64,000 bases of DNA, taken from an uncultured Acidobacteriota bacterium (GTDB lineage: Bacteria; Acidobacteriota; Thermoanaerobaculia; Multivoradales; SZUA-115). Below are positions 28,292-36,899 of this stretch, piece by piece (positions within the stretch are counted from its first letter, which is position 1; each line of letters opens with the position of its first letter). The DNA is taken from the NCBI GenBank assembly GCA_963805975.1, contig CAWDVR010000004.1, positions 224,001 through 288,000 on the forward strand, written 5' to 3'. The notes beneath the pieces are model-generated. The model saw nothing but the letters and a program-made list of their open reading frames with translations, searched no databases and was not told where the DNA came from. The position numbers were made by a program, and so were the translations under genes.

Positions 28292-29953
28292 ATGCTCGCT
28301 ACCTGGCTGTTGATGATCGGACTCGCCGCTGCCACGGAGGCGGCGACACTTCCCGCGGCTCCCACGGCCGAGCATCCGACCCCTGCGCCCGCCGTCGTCT
28401 GGCAGACGGCGGCGCTCTACGGCGCGGACGTGCGCTCGCTCGCCATCGATCCCAAGAACCCTGACCTGGTCTTCGCCGGCACCTCGGCCGGCCAGGTCTA
28501 CGTGTCGAGCAACGGCGGCGCCTCCTGGCGGGACCTGGCGCCCGTCCAGCCTTTCCTCGGTTGGGTGGTCTCGGCCCTGCGCTTCGATCCCAACCGGCCG
28601 GACCGGCTGTGGGCGGGCTTGTGGGGACCCTGGGGCGGTGGCATGGTGGCCTACTCCGAGGACGGTGGTGCCCACTGGACGTACCGCACCGAGGTGCCCG
28701 GCGGCCAGGTCTACTCGCTGGCGCTGGTGCCGGGACGGGAGGGGCAGATCTTCGCCGGCACCCGCCGCGGCGTGTACGTGAGCTCCGACTTCGGCGCTCA
28801 CTGGACGCACGCGACCGCCGCTCTCCCCGAGGTCGAAAAGGTCACGAGCCTCCTGGTCGACGACCTGCGGCCGGGCCGCGTCTACGCCGGCTCCTGGCAG
28901 TGCGCCTACCTGTCCGAGGACGGTGGGCGGACGTGGCGGGGCCTCTTCACCGGCATGCTGCACGACAGCGAGGTGTTCAGCCTGACCCCGGTTCCCGGAC
29001 GGCCCGAGGAGCTGTGGGCCTCCACCTGCGGCTGGGTGTACAAGAGCGGCGACCGCGGCGAGACCTGGACCCGGCAGCGCGAGGGCCTCTCGACGCGGCG
29101 GGTGCCGAGCTTCGCCGCCCTGGCCGACGGCCGGCTGCTGGCCGGTACCGTGGCGGGGCTCTACGCGACCGCGGACAGCGGCGCCACCTGGCAGCAGGTG
29201 ACAGGCTCCGACCTCGCGGTGCTGGCGATCGCCGTCCACCCGGCGCGGCCCGGGCGGGTGATCCTGGGCACCGAGGGCTCCGGCGTCTGGCTGTCGAACA
29301 ACGGCGGCGCCACCTTCGCGCGCGCCGAGCGCTCGATGACCAACGTACGGGTGGGAGCGCTGATCTCGACCGGCCGCGAGGTGCTGGCCGCGGTCAACCA
29401 CGCCGGGCCGGCCTCGGGCATCTACAGCTCGATCGACGGCGGCCTGAGCTTCCAGCTCCAGCGCGCCGGCCTGCCCACGGCGCTCGAGCTCGCGACCGGC
29501 GGCGGCAAGGTCTTCGCCGCCACCGAGCGCGGGCTCTTCGAGCGCGACCTCGACTTCTCCTGGCGCCATCTGGCGGAGCTCGGTGAGACGCGCGTCGACG
29601 GCGTCTGGGTGGCGGAAGGGAAGGTGCGGGCCCAGGCCGGCAGCCGCCTCTTCGAGCGCCCCATGGCGGGGCCGGGCGGCGAGCGCTTCGTCGAGGTGCG
29701 CATCGCCGGGGCCGAGGCCGGCCGGGTCGCGGTCGACCTCGAGGCCGCCCGCTCCCTCCCCACCGGCGATGAGCGCTTCCCCTGGCTCGCCCTCTCCCCC
29801 GAGGCCGCCCGGCTCTTCGATCGGCAGAGCCGGACCGCGAGGCCCTTGCGGCTGCCGGTCCCCGCCCAGGACGTCACCGCGGCGCTGATCTTCGAGGGCA
29901 AGCTCCTCCTGGGCACGGCGGGCTACGGCGTCCTCGGCACCCGCTTCGACTGA
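28292..29953 (+). CDS. Secreted BNR/Asp-box beta-propeller protein (VPS10/Ycf48-like)
   Basis: Signal peptide and repeated SxDGGxTW motifs (SSNGGASW, SEDGGAHW, SEDGGRTW, SGDRGETW). Confidence 0.82.
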   Translation: MLATWLLMIGLAAATEAATLPAAPTAEHPTPAPAVVWQTAALYGADVRSLAIDPKNPDLVFAGTSAGQVYVSSNGGASWRDLAPVQPFLGWVVSALRFDPNRPDRLWAGLWGPWGGGMVAYSEDGGAHWTYRTEVPGGQVYSLALVPGREGQIFAGTRRGVYVSSDFGAHWTHATAALPEVEKVTSLLVDDLRPGRVYAGSWQCAYLSEDGGRTWRGLFTGMLHDSEVFSLTPVPGRPEELWASTCGWVYKSGDRGETWTRQREGLSTRRVPSFAALADGRLLAGTVAGLYATADSGATWQQVTGSDLAVLAIAVHPARPGRVILGTEGSGVWLSNNGGATFARAERSMTNVRVGALISTGREVLAAVNHAGPASGIYSSIDGGLSFQLQRAGLPTALELATGGGKVFAATERGLFERDLDFSWRHLAELGETRVDGVWVAEGKVRAQAGSRLFERPMAGPGGERFVEVRIAGAEAGRVAVDLEAARSLPTGDERFPWLALSPEAARLFDRQSRTARPLRLPVPAQDVTAALIFEGKLLLGTAGYGVLGTRFD

Positions 29954-29992
29954 TCTCCCCGCCCCGACGCGGGCGGGCAGCGAATGTGCAGC

Positions 29993-30017
29993 GAAACACT
30001 CCTGCGCCGCCGACGTA
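29993..30017 (+). promoter_or_regulatory. Putative ECF-sigma promoter upstream of the ECF gene
   Basis: GAAAC-N16-CGTA fits the generic ECF (AAC...CGT) architecture. Confidence 0.45.
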
Positions 30018-30047
30018 GGAATGTCTTACCAGCATTCGCCCACGGCC

Positions 30048-30656
30048 ATGCCCGCACTCACCTCCCACCGTCCACTGACCGCGCTCCTACACCAGTGGAC
30101 CGGGGGTGACTCGCAAGCCGTCGACCGCGTGCTGCCGCTGGTCTACGAGGAGCTCCACCGCATTGCGGCCCGCGAGTTCCGCCGCGAGCGGTCCCAGCAC
30201 ACGTTGCAGGCCACCGCCATCGTGCACGAGGCCTACATGCGGCTGCGCAACGTGCACGGCGTCACCTGGGACAGCCGCCAGCAGTTCTTCGGTTTCGCCG
30301 CGCACCTCATCCGCCGCATCCTGGTCGAGCACGCGCGGACCCGCGGGCGGGTCAAGCGCGGCTCCGGCTACCAGCGGGTCACTCTCGCCGAGGCGCAGGC
30401 CCTGGCGGCGAGCCGCCCGCCGGACCTCCTGGCGCTGGACGACGCCCTCACCGCCCTGACCGAGCTCGACGAGCGCAAGGCGACGGTCGTCGAGCTGCGC
30501 TTCTTCGGCGGGCTGACCACCGAGGAGACGGCGGCGGTGCTCGGCGTCTCCTCCGAGACGGTGGGTCGCGAGTGGCGGCGCGCCAAGGCCTGGCTCTTCC
30601 AGCAGCTCGCCGCGCCCGTGGAGGCGGCCCCGGCGGAGGTCGCCCATGGAGCCTGA
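30048..30656 (+). CDS. ECF sigma factor, kinase-associated TIGR02999/ECF43 type
   Basis: Motifs LVYEELHRIA, HTLQATAIVHEAY, LDDAL, VVELRFFGGL and REWRRAKAWL. Alternative start at 30021. Confidence 0.9.
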   Translation: MPALTSHRPLTALLHQWTGGDSQAVDRVLPLVYEELHRIAAREFRRERSQHTLQATAIVHEAYMRLRNVHGVTWDSRQQFFGFAAHLIRRILVEHARTRGRVKRGSGYQRVTLAEAQALAASRPPDLLALDDALTALTELDERKATVVELRFFGGLTTEETAAVLGVSSETVGREWRRAKAWLFQQLAAPVEAAPAEVAHGA

Positions 30657-33471
30657 GCGCTGGGGGGAGGTCGACGCCCTCTTCGCCGCCGCCCTCGAGC
30701 GCCCGCCCCAGGACCGACCCGCCTTCCTCGACGCCGCCTGCGGCCAGGGTGAGCTGCGGCGCTCGGTCGATCGCCTGCTGGCGGCCGACGACCGGGCAGG
30801 CAGCTTCCTCGAGCGCCCGCCAGCCGCCGATCTCGCTCGGGTCGAGGCCGGGGAGGAACCCGCTGCCGGCGGCGTCTTCGGCCCCTACCGGCTCGAAGAG
30901 GTGATCAGCCGGGGCGGCATGGGAACCGTCTACCAGGCGATCCGCGACGACGGCCAGTTCGAGCGCCGCGTCGCCCTGAAGCTCCTGCACGGCGGCTGGC
31001 GCCATCCCGAGATCCGGCAGCGGTTCCTCTCCGAGCGCCAGATCCTGGCCCGCCTGGAGCACGCCAACATCGCCCGCCTCTACGACGGCGGCGAGTCGGA
31101 GAGCGGCGTGCCCTACCTGGTGATGGAGCTGGTCGAAGGCCTGCCCATCGACGAGTACTGCGACCGCCACCGGCTGACCATCGAAGAGCGCCTGCGCCTC
31201 TTCCGGCGGCTCTCCGACGCCGTCTCGCACGCTCATCAGAACCTGCTCGTGCACCGGGACATCAAGCCCGCCAACGTGCTGGTCGGCGCCGACGGCCAAC
31301 CCAAGCTGCTCGACTTCGGGATCGCCAAGCAGCTCGAGGGTGGCGTCCTCGCGCCGCGCAACCAGACCCGGCCCAGCCTGCGGCCCATGACTCCCGGCTA
31401 CGCGAGCCCCGAGCAGGTGCGAGGGGACGCCATCACCACCGCGAGCGACGTCTATTCGTTGGGCGTGCTGCTCTACGAGCTGCTCTGCGGGCGGAGCCCC
31501 TACCGCTTGGAGACCGAGCTGCCGCACGAGCTCGAGACCGCCATCCTCACCCAGGAGCCGGAGAGGCCCAGCCAGGCCCTGGCGCGCCCGGGCGCCGGGA
31601 GCGCCGGCCAACCGCCGGCGGACGAGATCGCCGCCGCCCGGCGCGGCAGCCGGCGGGAGCTGGCGCGCCGCCTGGCCGGTGACCTCGACACCATCGTGGG
31701 CAAGGCGCTGCGCAAGGACCCGGCACGCCGCTACAGCTCGGTGGCGGAGCTCGATGCCGACCTCGAGCGCCATCTCAAGGCGTTGCCGGTGGCGGCCAGG
31801 CCCGACACCCTCCGCTATCGCAGCGCCAAGTTCGTGCGCCGGCACCGGCTCGGAGTGGGGGTCGCGGCGTTGACCGCGGTCCTCATCGCCGGCTTGGTGG
31901 TGAGCCTCTTCCGCCAGCGCGGCACCGCTCTGCGCGAGCGGGACCGCGCCGAGCTGGCGCTCAACTTCCTGATCGACACCTTCCGCGAGGCCAACCCCTA
32001 CGACGCGGGGGCCAAGGAGCTCACCGCCGTCGACGTGCTCGACCGCGGCACCGACCGCATCCGCCGCGGCCTGGCCGGCGAGCCCGAGGTGCAGGCCTCG
32101 CTGCTCGACGCCCTGGGCCAGGTCAACAACGACCTGCGGCGCATCGAGGTCGCGGAGCCGCTCCTCGAAGAGGCGCTGGCGCTGCGCCGCTGGGTCCACG
32201 GCGACCGCTCGATCGAGGCCGCCGACACCGGCGAGCACCTGGCCGAGGTGCGGGTCGCCCAGGGGCGGTTCCAGGACGCCGCCGATCTTTACCAGGAAGC
32301 GGTGGCGATCAAGCGCCAGCGCCTGGGGCCGCGCCACCTGGAGATCGCCAAGACCTTGAACGACATGGGCGTCGCGGTCGGCCAGACCGGCAAGCCGGAC
32401 CACATCGCGGCGGCCGAGGCGCTGCACATCGAGGCCCTGGACATTGCGCTCGCCACCGAGGGCCCCGACAGCCACGAAGCGGCAGACGCCCTGCACGCGC
32501 TCGCCCTCCTCGCCCGCGAGCGCGACGCGCTCGACGAGGCCGAGGTCCACGCCCGCAAGTCGCTCGCCATCCTGATGCGGAGCCTGGGCGAGGAGAACCC
32601 GGACACCACGCTGGTCGAAGGCACGCTGGGGCTGGTGCTCCTCTCCCAGACCAAGCTCCGCGAAGCCGAGCAGGTGTTCCGCCGCCTGGTGGTGACGCGG
32701 GGCAACCAGCTCGGCGAAGACCACCCGGACCTGGCGGAGAACTTCAACAACCTGGGCTCGGCCCTGCTCTTACAGGGCCGCGGCGCGGAGGCCGAGACCT
32801 ACGTGCGCCGCGCGCTGGCGCGCTACCAGCAGCAGTACGGGGAAAAGCACTTCACCGCAGCCCTGGTGCTGGGCAACGTGGCGAGCGCGCTCCTCCAGCA
32901 GGGCAGGCTCGAGGAGGCGCTGCCGGTCGCCGAGGAGACGCTCACGCTCCGCCGCGCGACTCTGGGCGACAAGAGCCTGCGCGTGGCGCAGACCCTGTTG
33001 ATGCTCTCCGAGCTCCAACGCGGCCTCGGCCGCGCCGACCTGGCGCTCGGCCACGTCGAGGGGGCGCGGGACCTCTACCTGGGCGCGCTCTCCGCCGAGC
33101 ACCCGTCGGCGGCCGGCGCCTGGACGGAGCTCGGACGCGTGCTGCTGGCGCGGGGCGACGCCGCCCAGGCCCTGCCGCACTTCGAGCGCGCCGTTCGAAT
33201 CCGCCGCGACCGCCAGCCGCCGGCCCATGCCGACCGGGCGAAGGCCGAGGCCGCCCTCGGTGCCTGCTATCTCGCTCTCGGCCGCCCGGACGAGGCCGGG
33301 CCGCTCCTTACCGGAGCGCGCTCGGTGCTGGCCGCCGAGCTCGCTCCCGAGAGCCGGGCCCTGACCGAGGTGGACGCCTGGCTCGCGGAGCTCGGTCGCC
33401 TGCAGGGTCAGCCCGTGCAGGCAAGAAAGAGCCGGGCGCGAGAAGAGGCCGGGACCACCAGACCGGGCTGA
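30646..33471 (+). CDS. Membrane Ser/Thr protein kinase with extracytoplasmic TPR repeats
   Basis: Motifs GGMGTVY, VALK, HRDIKPAN, DFG and YASPEQ, then one TM and kinesin-light-chain-like TPRs. Confidence 0.93.
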   Translation: MEPERWGEVDALFAAALERPPQDRPAFLDAACGQGELRRSVDRLLAADDRAGSFLERPPAADLARVEAGEEPAAGGVFGPYRLEEVISRGGMGTVYQAIRDDGQFERRVALKLLHGGWRHPEIRQRFLSERQILARLEHANIARLYDGGESESGVPYLVMELVEGLPIDEYCDRHRLTIEERLRLFRRLSDAVSHAHQNLLVHRDIKPANVLVGADGQPKLLDFGIAKQLEGGVLAPRNQTRPSLRPMTPGYASPEQVRGDAITTASDVYSLGVLLYELLCGRSPYRLETELPHELETAILTQEPERPSQALARPGAGSAGQPPADEIAAARRGSRRELARRLAGDLDTIVGKALRKDPARRYSSVAELDADLERHLKALPVAARPDTLRYRSAKFVRRHRLGVGVAALTAVLIAGLVVSLFRQRGTALRERDRAELALNFLIDTFREANPYDAGAKELTAVDVLDRGTDRIRRGLAGEPEVQASLLDALGQVNNDLRRIEVAEPLLEEALALRRWVHGDRSIEAADTGEHLAEVRVAQGRFQDAADLYQEAVAIKRQRLGPRHLEIAKTLNDMGVAVGQTGKPDHIAAAEALHIEALDIALATEGPDSHEAADALHALALLARERDALDEAEVHARKSLAILMRSLGEENPDTTLVEGTLGLVLLSQTKLREAEQVFRRLVVTRGNQLGEDHPDLAENFNNLGSALLLQGRGAEAETYVRRALARYQQQYGEKHFTAALVLGNVASALLQQGRLEEALPVAEETLTLRRATLGDKSLRVAQTLLMLSELQRGLGRADLALGHVEGARDLYLGALSAEHPSAAGAWTELGRVLLARGDAAQALPHFERAVRIRRDRQPPAHADRAKAEAALGACYLALGRPDEAGPLLTGARSVLAAELAPESRALTEVDAWLAELGRLQGQPVQARKSRAREEAGTTRPG

Positions 33472-33508
33472 CGGTGGGCCGGCGCTCTTCTCGGCGAAGC
33501 AGCTTGCG

Positions 33509-34408
33509 CTACTCCTCTTTGCCCAGGAAGAACACGTCCACGGCTCTCGTCTCGCCGCCCGCGAGAACCACCCTGGCGTAGTAGCGCAGAGCGTTTCCGA
33601 AGCGATCGACTCGCCGGGTCTCGCGGTAGCTGAGACCGATCTCGAGCACGCCCGACTGCGCCAGCGTGCGCAGCTCCTCGGGCTGCGACCGGCCGTCGTG
33701 GTTGGCATCGCCCCAGAGCCTCAACTGGCCGAAGATGGCGTCGGCTTCCGAGATCACGCCGTCCTCATTTCCGCCGCCCACGACCAGGTCGAACTCGGCG
33801 AGAGCGATGAAGCCGTTGGGGTCGTTGGTGGGTCGCTGGTCGGTGTAGTTGCCGAACAGCTCGGTGCCGTCGTTCACCAGGCCGTCCTCGTTGCGGTCGA
33901 GCACCAGGAAGGACATGTTGGCGCGCGGATCGGTCCAGGAGAGCGTGTCCTCTTCACCATCGGCATCGATGTCGAATCGGACGCCGCGGGTGAGGTCGGT
34001 GAAGACGTCCACTTGCTTCGATCCCAGGGGAATGAGGATCGGACAGTTGTCGATCGGCGGCCGCTCGGGACCGATCATGTCGCACTGCACGGTGCACCGC
34101 GCGCTGCAGTAGGTGTTGAACGTGGGGTTGCACGGGAAGTCCACGCAGGACGACGGGTCGGCGATCTGGCTGACCGTGAAGTTGGAGAAGGTCGGGTTCG
34201 CGAGCACACCGTCGCAGCCCAGCGGCGTCCAGAAGAAGCAGTCCTCGTAGACCTTGTTGTAGCAGCGGTTGTAGGCCAGGCCGAGCCCGAGCGAGCCGCT
34301 GAAGTAAGGCCCGGCCGAAAGGATGGTGGTTCGGGTAGGTCCGGGATAAGCGTGCGCAGAGGTGCCCGCGGTCAGACAGACGGCCAGCAGCAACAAGACT
34401 CTCTTCAT
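33509..34408 (-). CDS. Secreted protein: Cys-rich N-terminal domain plus FrpC-type self-processing-module-like Ca2+-binding domain
   Basis: Signal peptide MKRVLLLLAVCLTAGTSAHA and GGAGG RBS. Eight Cys in 101 aa, then CPILI...FDIDADG...LDRNEDG...ELFG...GFIALAEFD...LRLWGDANHDGRSQPEELRTL. Confidence 0.75.
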   Translation of the reverse strand: MKRVLLLLAVCLTAGTSAHAYPGPTRTTILSAGPYFSGSLGLGLAYNRCYNKVYEDCFFWTPLGCDGVLANPTFSNFTVSQIADPSSCVDFPCNPTFNTYCSARCTVQCDMIGPERPPIDNCPILIPLGSKQVDVFTDLTRGVRFDIDADGEEDTLSWTDPRANMSFLVLDRNEDGLVNDGTELFGNYTDQRPTNDPNGFIALAEFDLVVGGGNEDGVISEADAIFGQLRLWGDANHDGRSQPEELRTLAQSGVLEIGLSYRETRRVDRFGNALRYYARVVLAGGETRAVDVFFLGKEE

Positions 34409-34412
34409 GAAA

Positions 34413-34520
34413 CCTCCCGTAGGAGGCCGCCTTCGGAAGTGAGGGCGGCCGGGTTCGGCGCATTCGCGATCACGAGCCTTCGGGACTCGCTCTATCTTGC
34501 GATGCGCCGTTCCGGCCGCC
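34413..34520. other. Structured intergenic element (long hairpin plus RBS-sequestering hairpin)
   Basis: GGCGGCCGG/CCGGCCGCC and CGGCGCA/TGCGCCG stems form a hairpin of about 77 nt (34444-34520). CCTCC-TACG-GGAGG pairs the SD of the 34408 gene. Confidence 0.55.
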
Positions 34521-34526
34521 GCTACG

Positions 34527-34955
34527 TCACTCGATCTCTCGCGGGTTGGCCCGGGCCTCGATCTCGAAGGGGAAGCACTGCCGCCCCGCGCGGTGAAACC
34601 AGGGAGTGGTGTCCGAGCCTCGTGACTCGCGCTCGAAGGTCGCGCAGAGCTCGTAACGCCGCTCGCCCAGGGCGCGGTACTCGTAGGTTTGCCCGGTCCC
34701 GGGGTCGCGTACCTCCACCCGCATCCACTCTTTCCCGGCCAGCTCCTCCAGCGAGGCCGGGAGACGGCCCTCCCGCTCGACGAAGATGGCGACCGCGGAT
34801 TCGATCTCGCGCAGGTGCGCGATCCGCCGGTCGTCCATGCGCCGGGCCCGCTCCTCGGAGGGTGGGCCCAGCACCAGCAGCCCACCGGCCACGGCCGCGA
34901 CCACCGCCAGCACGGCGAGACCCGCGAGGATCGTCCCTCCGCCGGGCCGCCTCAC
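34527..34955 (-). CDS. Membrane-anchored protein with pilin-like pattern (partner of the DUF5671-like protein)
   Basis: N-terminal TM, then GPP..R..R.D..R...L, LPASLEEL, DPGTGQTYEY and YELCATF. GTGA overlap with the upstream gene. Confidence 0.7.
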   Translation of the reverse strand: MRRPGGGTILAGLAVLAVVAAVAGGLLVLGPPSEERARRMDDRRIAHLREIESAVAIFVEREGRLPASLEELAGKEWMRVEVRDPGTGQTYEYRALGERRYELCATFERESRGSDTTPWFHRAGRQCFPFEIEARANPREIE

Positions 34956-35605
34956 GGCCGGATCTCCTTTTCTTCTTCGTCGCGCCGCAGGTCCCACAGG
35001 TAGTAGCCGAAGATCGAGCCGGCGATGGCTCCGACCGTCGCCGCCTTGAGCACGAAGCGGGTGGTGAGCTCACCGCCGAGGAAGCGGTAGACCAGCGAGG
35101 TGACGTCGCCGATCAGCACGCAGGCGGCGAGAAAGAGCGTCACGTAGGTGAGCCACTTGCGGATCTTCGAGGCTCGCTTGCTCGGGTCCAGGCGCAGGCG
35201 CCGGCTGACCCGCGAGGAGACGTACAGGAACACGGGGAACGCCACCACCAGCGTGGACACGGCCCAGCGGATGGCTTCCCGGGAACGTCCCGTCACCCAC
35301 TCGGCCTCCGCCGGGTCCGGGAACGCCCGGTCGACGAGCTGGAACACCAGCGCGCCGAGGTGGAAGGCGCTGGCGTAGAGGGTGCTGAAGAGCACGAGAT
35401 AGAGGAAGGCCTCGAAGGCGGACAGGTACGGCGCCGGCCGGGGCACCGGGACCGGGAACTCGACCTCCGCGAAGCCCGCCAGCGCTCCCCTCACCTGGTC
35501 GGCCGGCCAGCCCGCGGCGAGCAGCACGGCCTCGATCTCGGCCCGCGGCAGACCCCTCGACAGGCTGTCGCGGACGAATTGCTGCAGCTCGTCACTGGCG
35601 GCCAT
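34952..35605 (-). CDS. DUF5671-like membrane protein
   Basis: N-terminal LSRG...I...LLAAGW, then FLYLVLFSTLY, IRKWLTYVTLF and GELTTRFVLK. Confidence 0.75.
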   Translation of the reverse strand: MAASDELQQFVRDSLSRGLPRAEIEAVLLAAGWPADQVRGALAGFAEVEFPVPVPRPAPYLSAFEAFLYLVLFSTLYASAFHLGALVFQLVDRAFPDPAEAEWVTGRSREAIRWAVSTLVVAFPVFLYVSSRVSRRLRLDPSKRASKIRKWLTYVTLFLAACVLIGDVTSLVYRFLGGELTTRFVLKAATVGAIAGSIFGYYLWDLRRDEEEKEIRP

Positions 35606-35623
35606 GTGTTCCTCTCCGTGTGC

Positions 35624-36784
35624 TCAGATTTCGGCCCCTCTCTCGGGCCGTCTTTCGATCGCCACGAGAATAGACCGCGCGACGTAGGTCCGGCCCCAGC
35701 TGCGCCCGGTCACTTCTTCCAGCACACCGGCCGTCTCCAGGGTTCTGATGACTTGCCGGGCCGTGGGGTCGGACACGCCCAGAAACCGTCTAGCCTGCGC
35801 TGCCGAGGTATAGGGATTCTCGAACAGCGCGTCGACCAGGGCGAGCGCTCGTGCAGAGCGCTTTAGGTCGCGGCGCCACCGGTCTCGCAGGTCGAGAAGC
35901 ATCTGCGCCTGCGCCAGCGCCTCCCGAGCCGTCCAGCGAACGCCCTCCAGGAAGAACCGCAGCCAGCCCGGCCAGTCACCATCGGTGCGGATGCGGAGCA
36001 GCAGTTCGTAGTAGTCGCTGCGCCGGGCTTCCAGGTAGTCGGAGAGATAGAGCAGCGGATGGGTGAGCCGGCCGCGCTCGATCAGGAAGAGAGGGATCAA
36101 GAGCCGCCCCACTCGCCCGTTCCCGTCGAGGAAAGGATGAATAGCCTCGAAATGCTCGTGGATCAGGGCGCACTGCACGAGATCCGGAAGCTCACCACGA
36201 AGGTGGAGGAAGCGTTCCCAGTGATCCAAGGCCTCCAGCATCTCGCGGGGTGGTGGCGGCACGTAGACCGCCGTAGCAGCGGTGCTGCCGGCCGGCCCGA
36301 TCCAGTTCTGCGATCGACGAAACTCACCGGCCGCCGCTTGCCCACCTCGCACTCCGCTCATGAGCACCGCGTGCAGCTCGCGTACGAGCCGGAGGGACAG
36401 CGGCAGTTCCGCGAGCAGGCGGATGCCGGACTCCAGAGCGGCGACATAGTTGCGGACTTCGCGGACGTCAGCAGCGTCTGCAGCACGGCCCGCCTCGAGC
36501 TCGTCGAGCAGGACATCGGAAAGGTCCGCGCGGGTACCCTCGATGCGCGAGGACCAAACGGCCTCACGACGGATATAAGTGCCGATCAAAAGGCCAGGAT
36601 TTGGCAGCTGTCGGCCCAGCCCGGAGAGCTCTCCGAGCGCCGCGTCGGCCCGTGACAGATCCCAGACCAGTCCGGAGTCGTAAACCAGCCGCGGGGGCAA
36701 TGGCTTCGGAACAAAGGCCGGGCAGCCATCGGCAGCCCAGATGATCCGGCCCGCTTCCGAGGCGTTGAAGTCTGCGGGATTCAT
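35624..36784 (-). CDS. Fic-family protein with N-terminal helical region and C-terminal wHTH
   Basis: Motifs EAVWSSRIEGT and the canonical HPFLDGNGRVGR. Confidence 0.93.
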   Translation of the reverse strand: MNPADFNASEAGRIIWAADGCPAFVPKPLPPRLVYDSGLVWDLSRADAALGELSGLGRQLPNPGLLIGTYIRREAVWSSRIEGTRADLSDVLLDELEAGRAADAADVREVRNYVAALESGIRLLAELPLSLRLVRELHAVLMSGVRGGQAAAGEFRRSQNWIGPAGSTAATAVYVPPPPREMLEALDHWERFLHLRGELPDLVQCALIHEHFEAIHPFLDGNGRVGRLLIPLFLIERGRLTHPLLYLSDYLEARRSDYYELLLRIRTDGDWPGWLRFFLEGVRWTAREALAQAQMLLDLRDRWRRDLKRSARALALVDALFENPYTSAAQARRFLGVSDPTARQVIRTLETAGVLEEVTGRSWGRTYVARSILVAIERRPERGAEI

Positions 36785-36899
36785 GGCTCTGGGGTGGCAG
36801 GTGTTTCAGATTCTAGCCCCGAGCCAGAGATCCTTCCAAAGAAAAGTGGCAAAAACCTTGAAAGCGTCCGGGGCTTTGCAAGATCACTTCGGAAGTGCC

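Noticed and set aside
34444-34520. Integron attC site, SRP RNA or known riboswitch
   Set aside because: It lacks paired RYYYAAC/GTTRRRY boxes and the SRP, SAM-I or c-di-GMP consensus motifs, and there is no integrase in the window.
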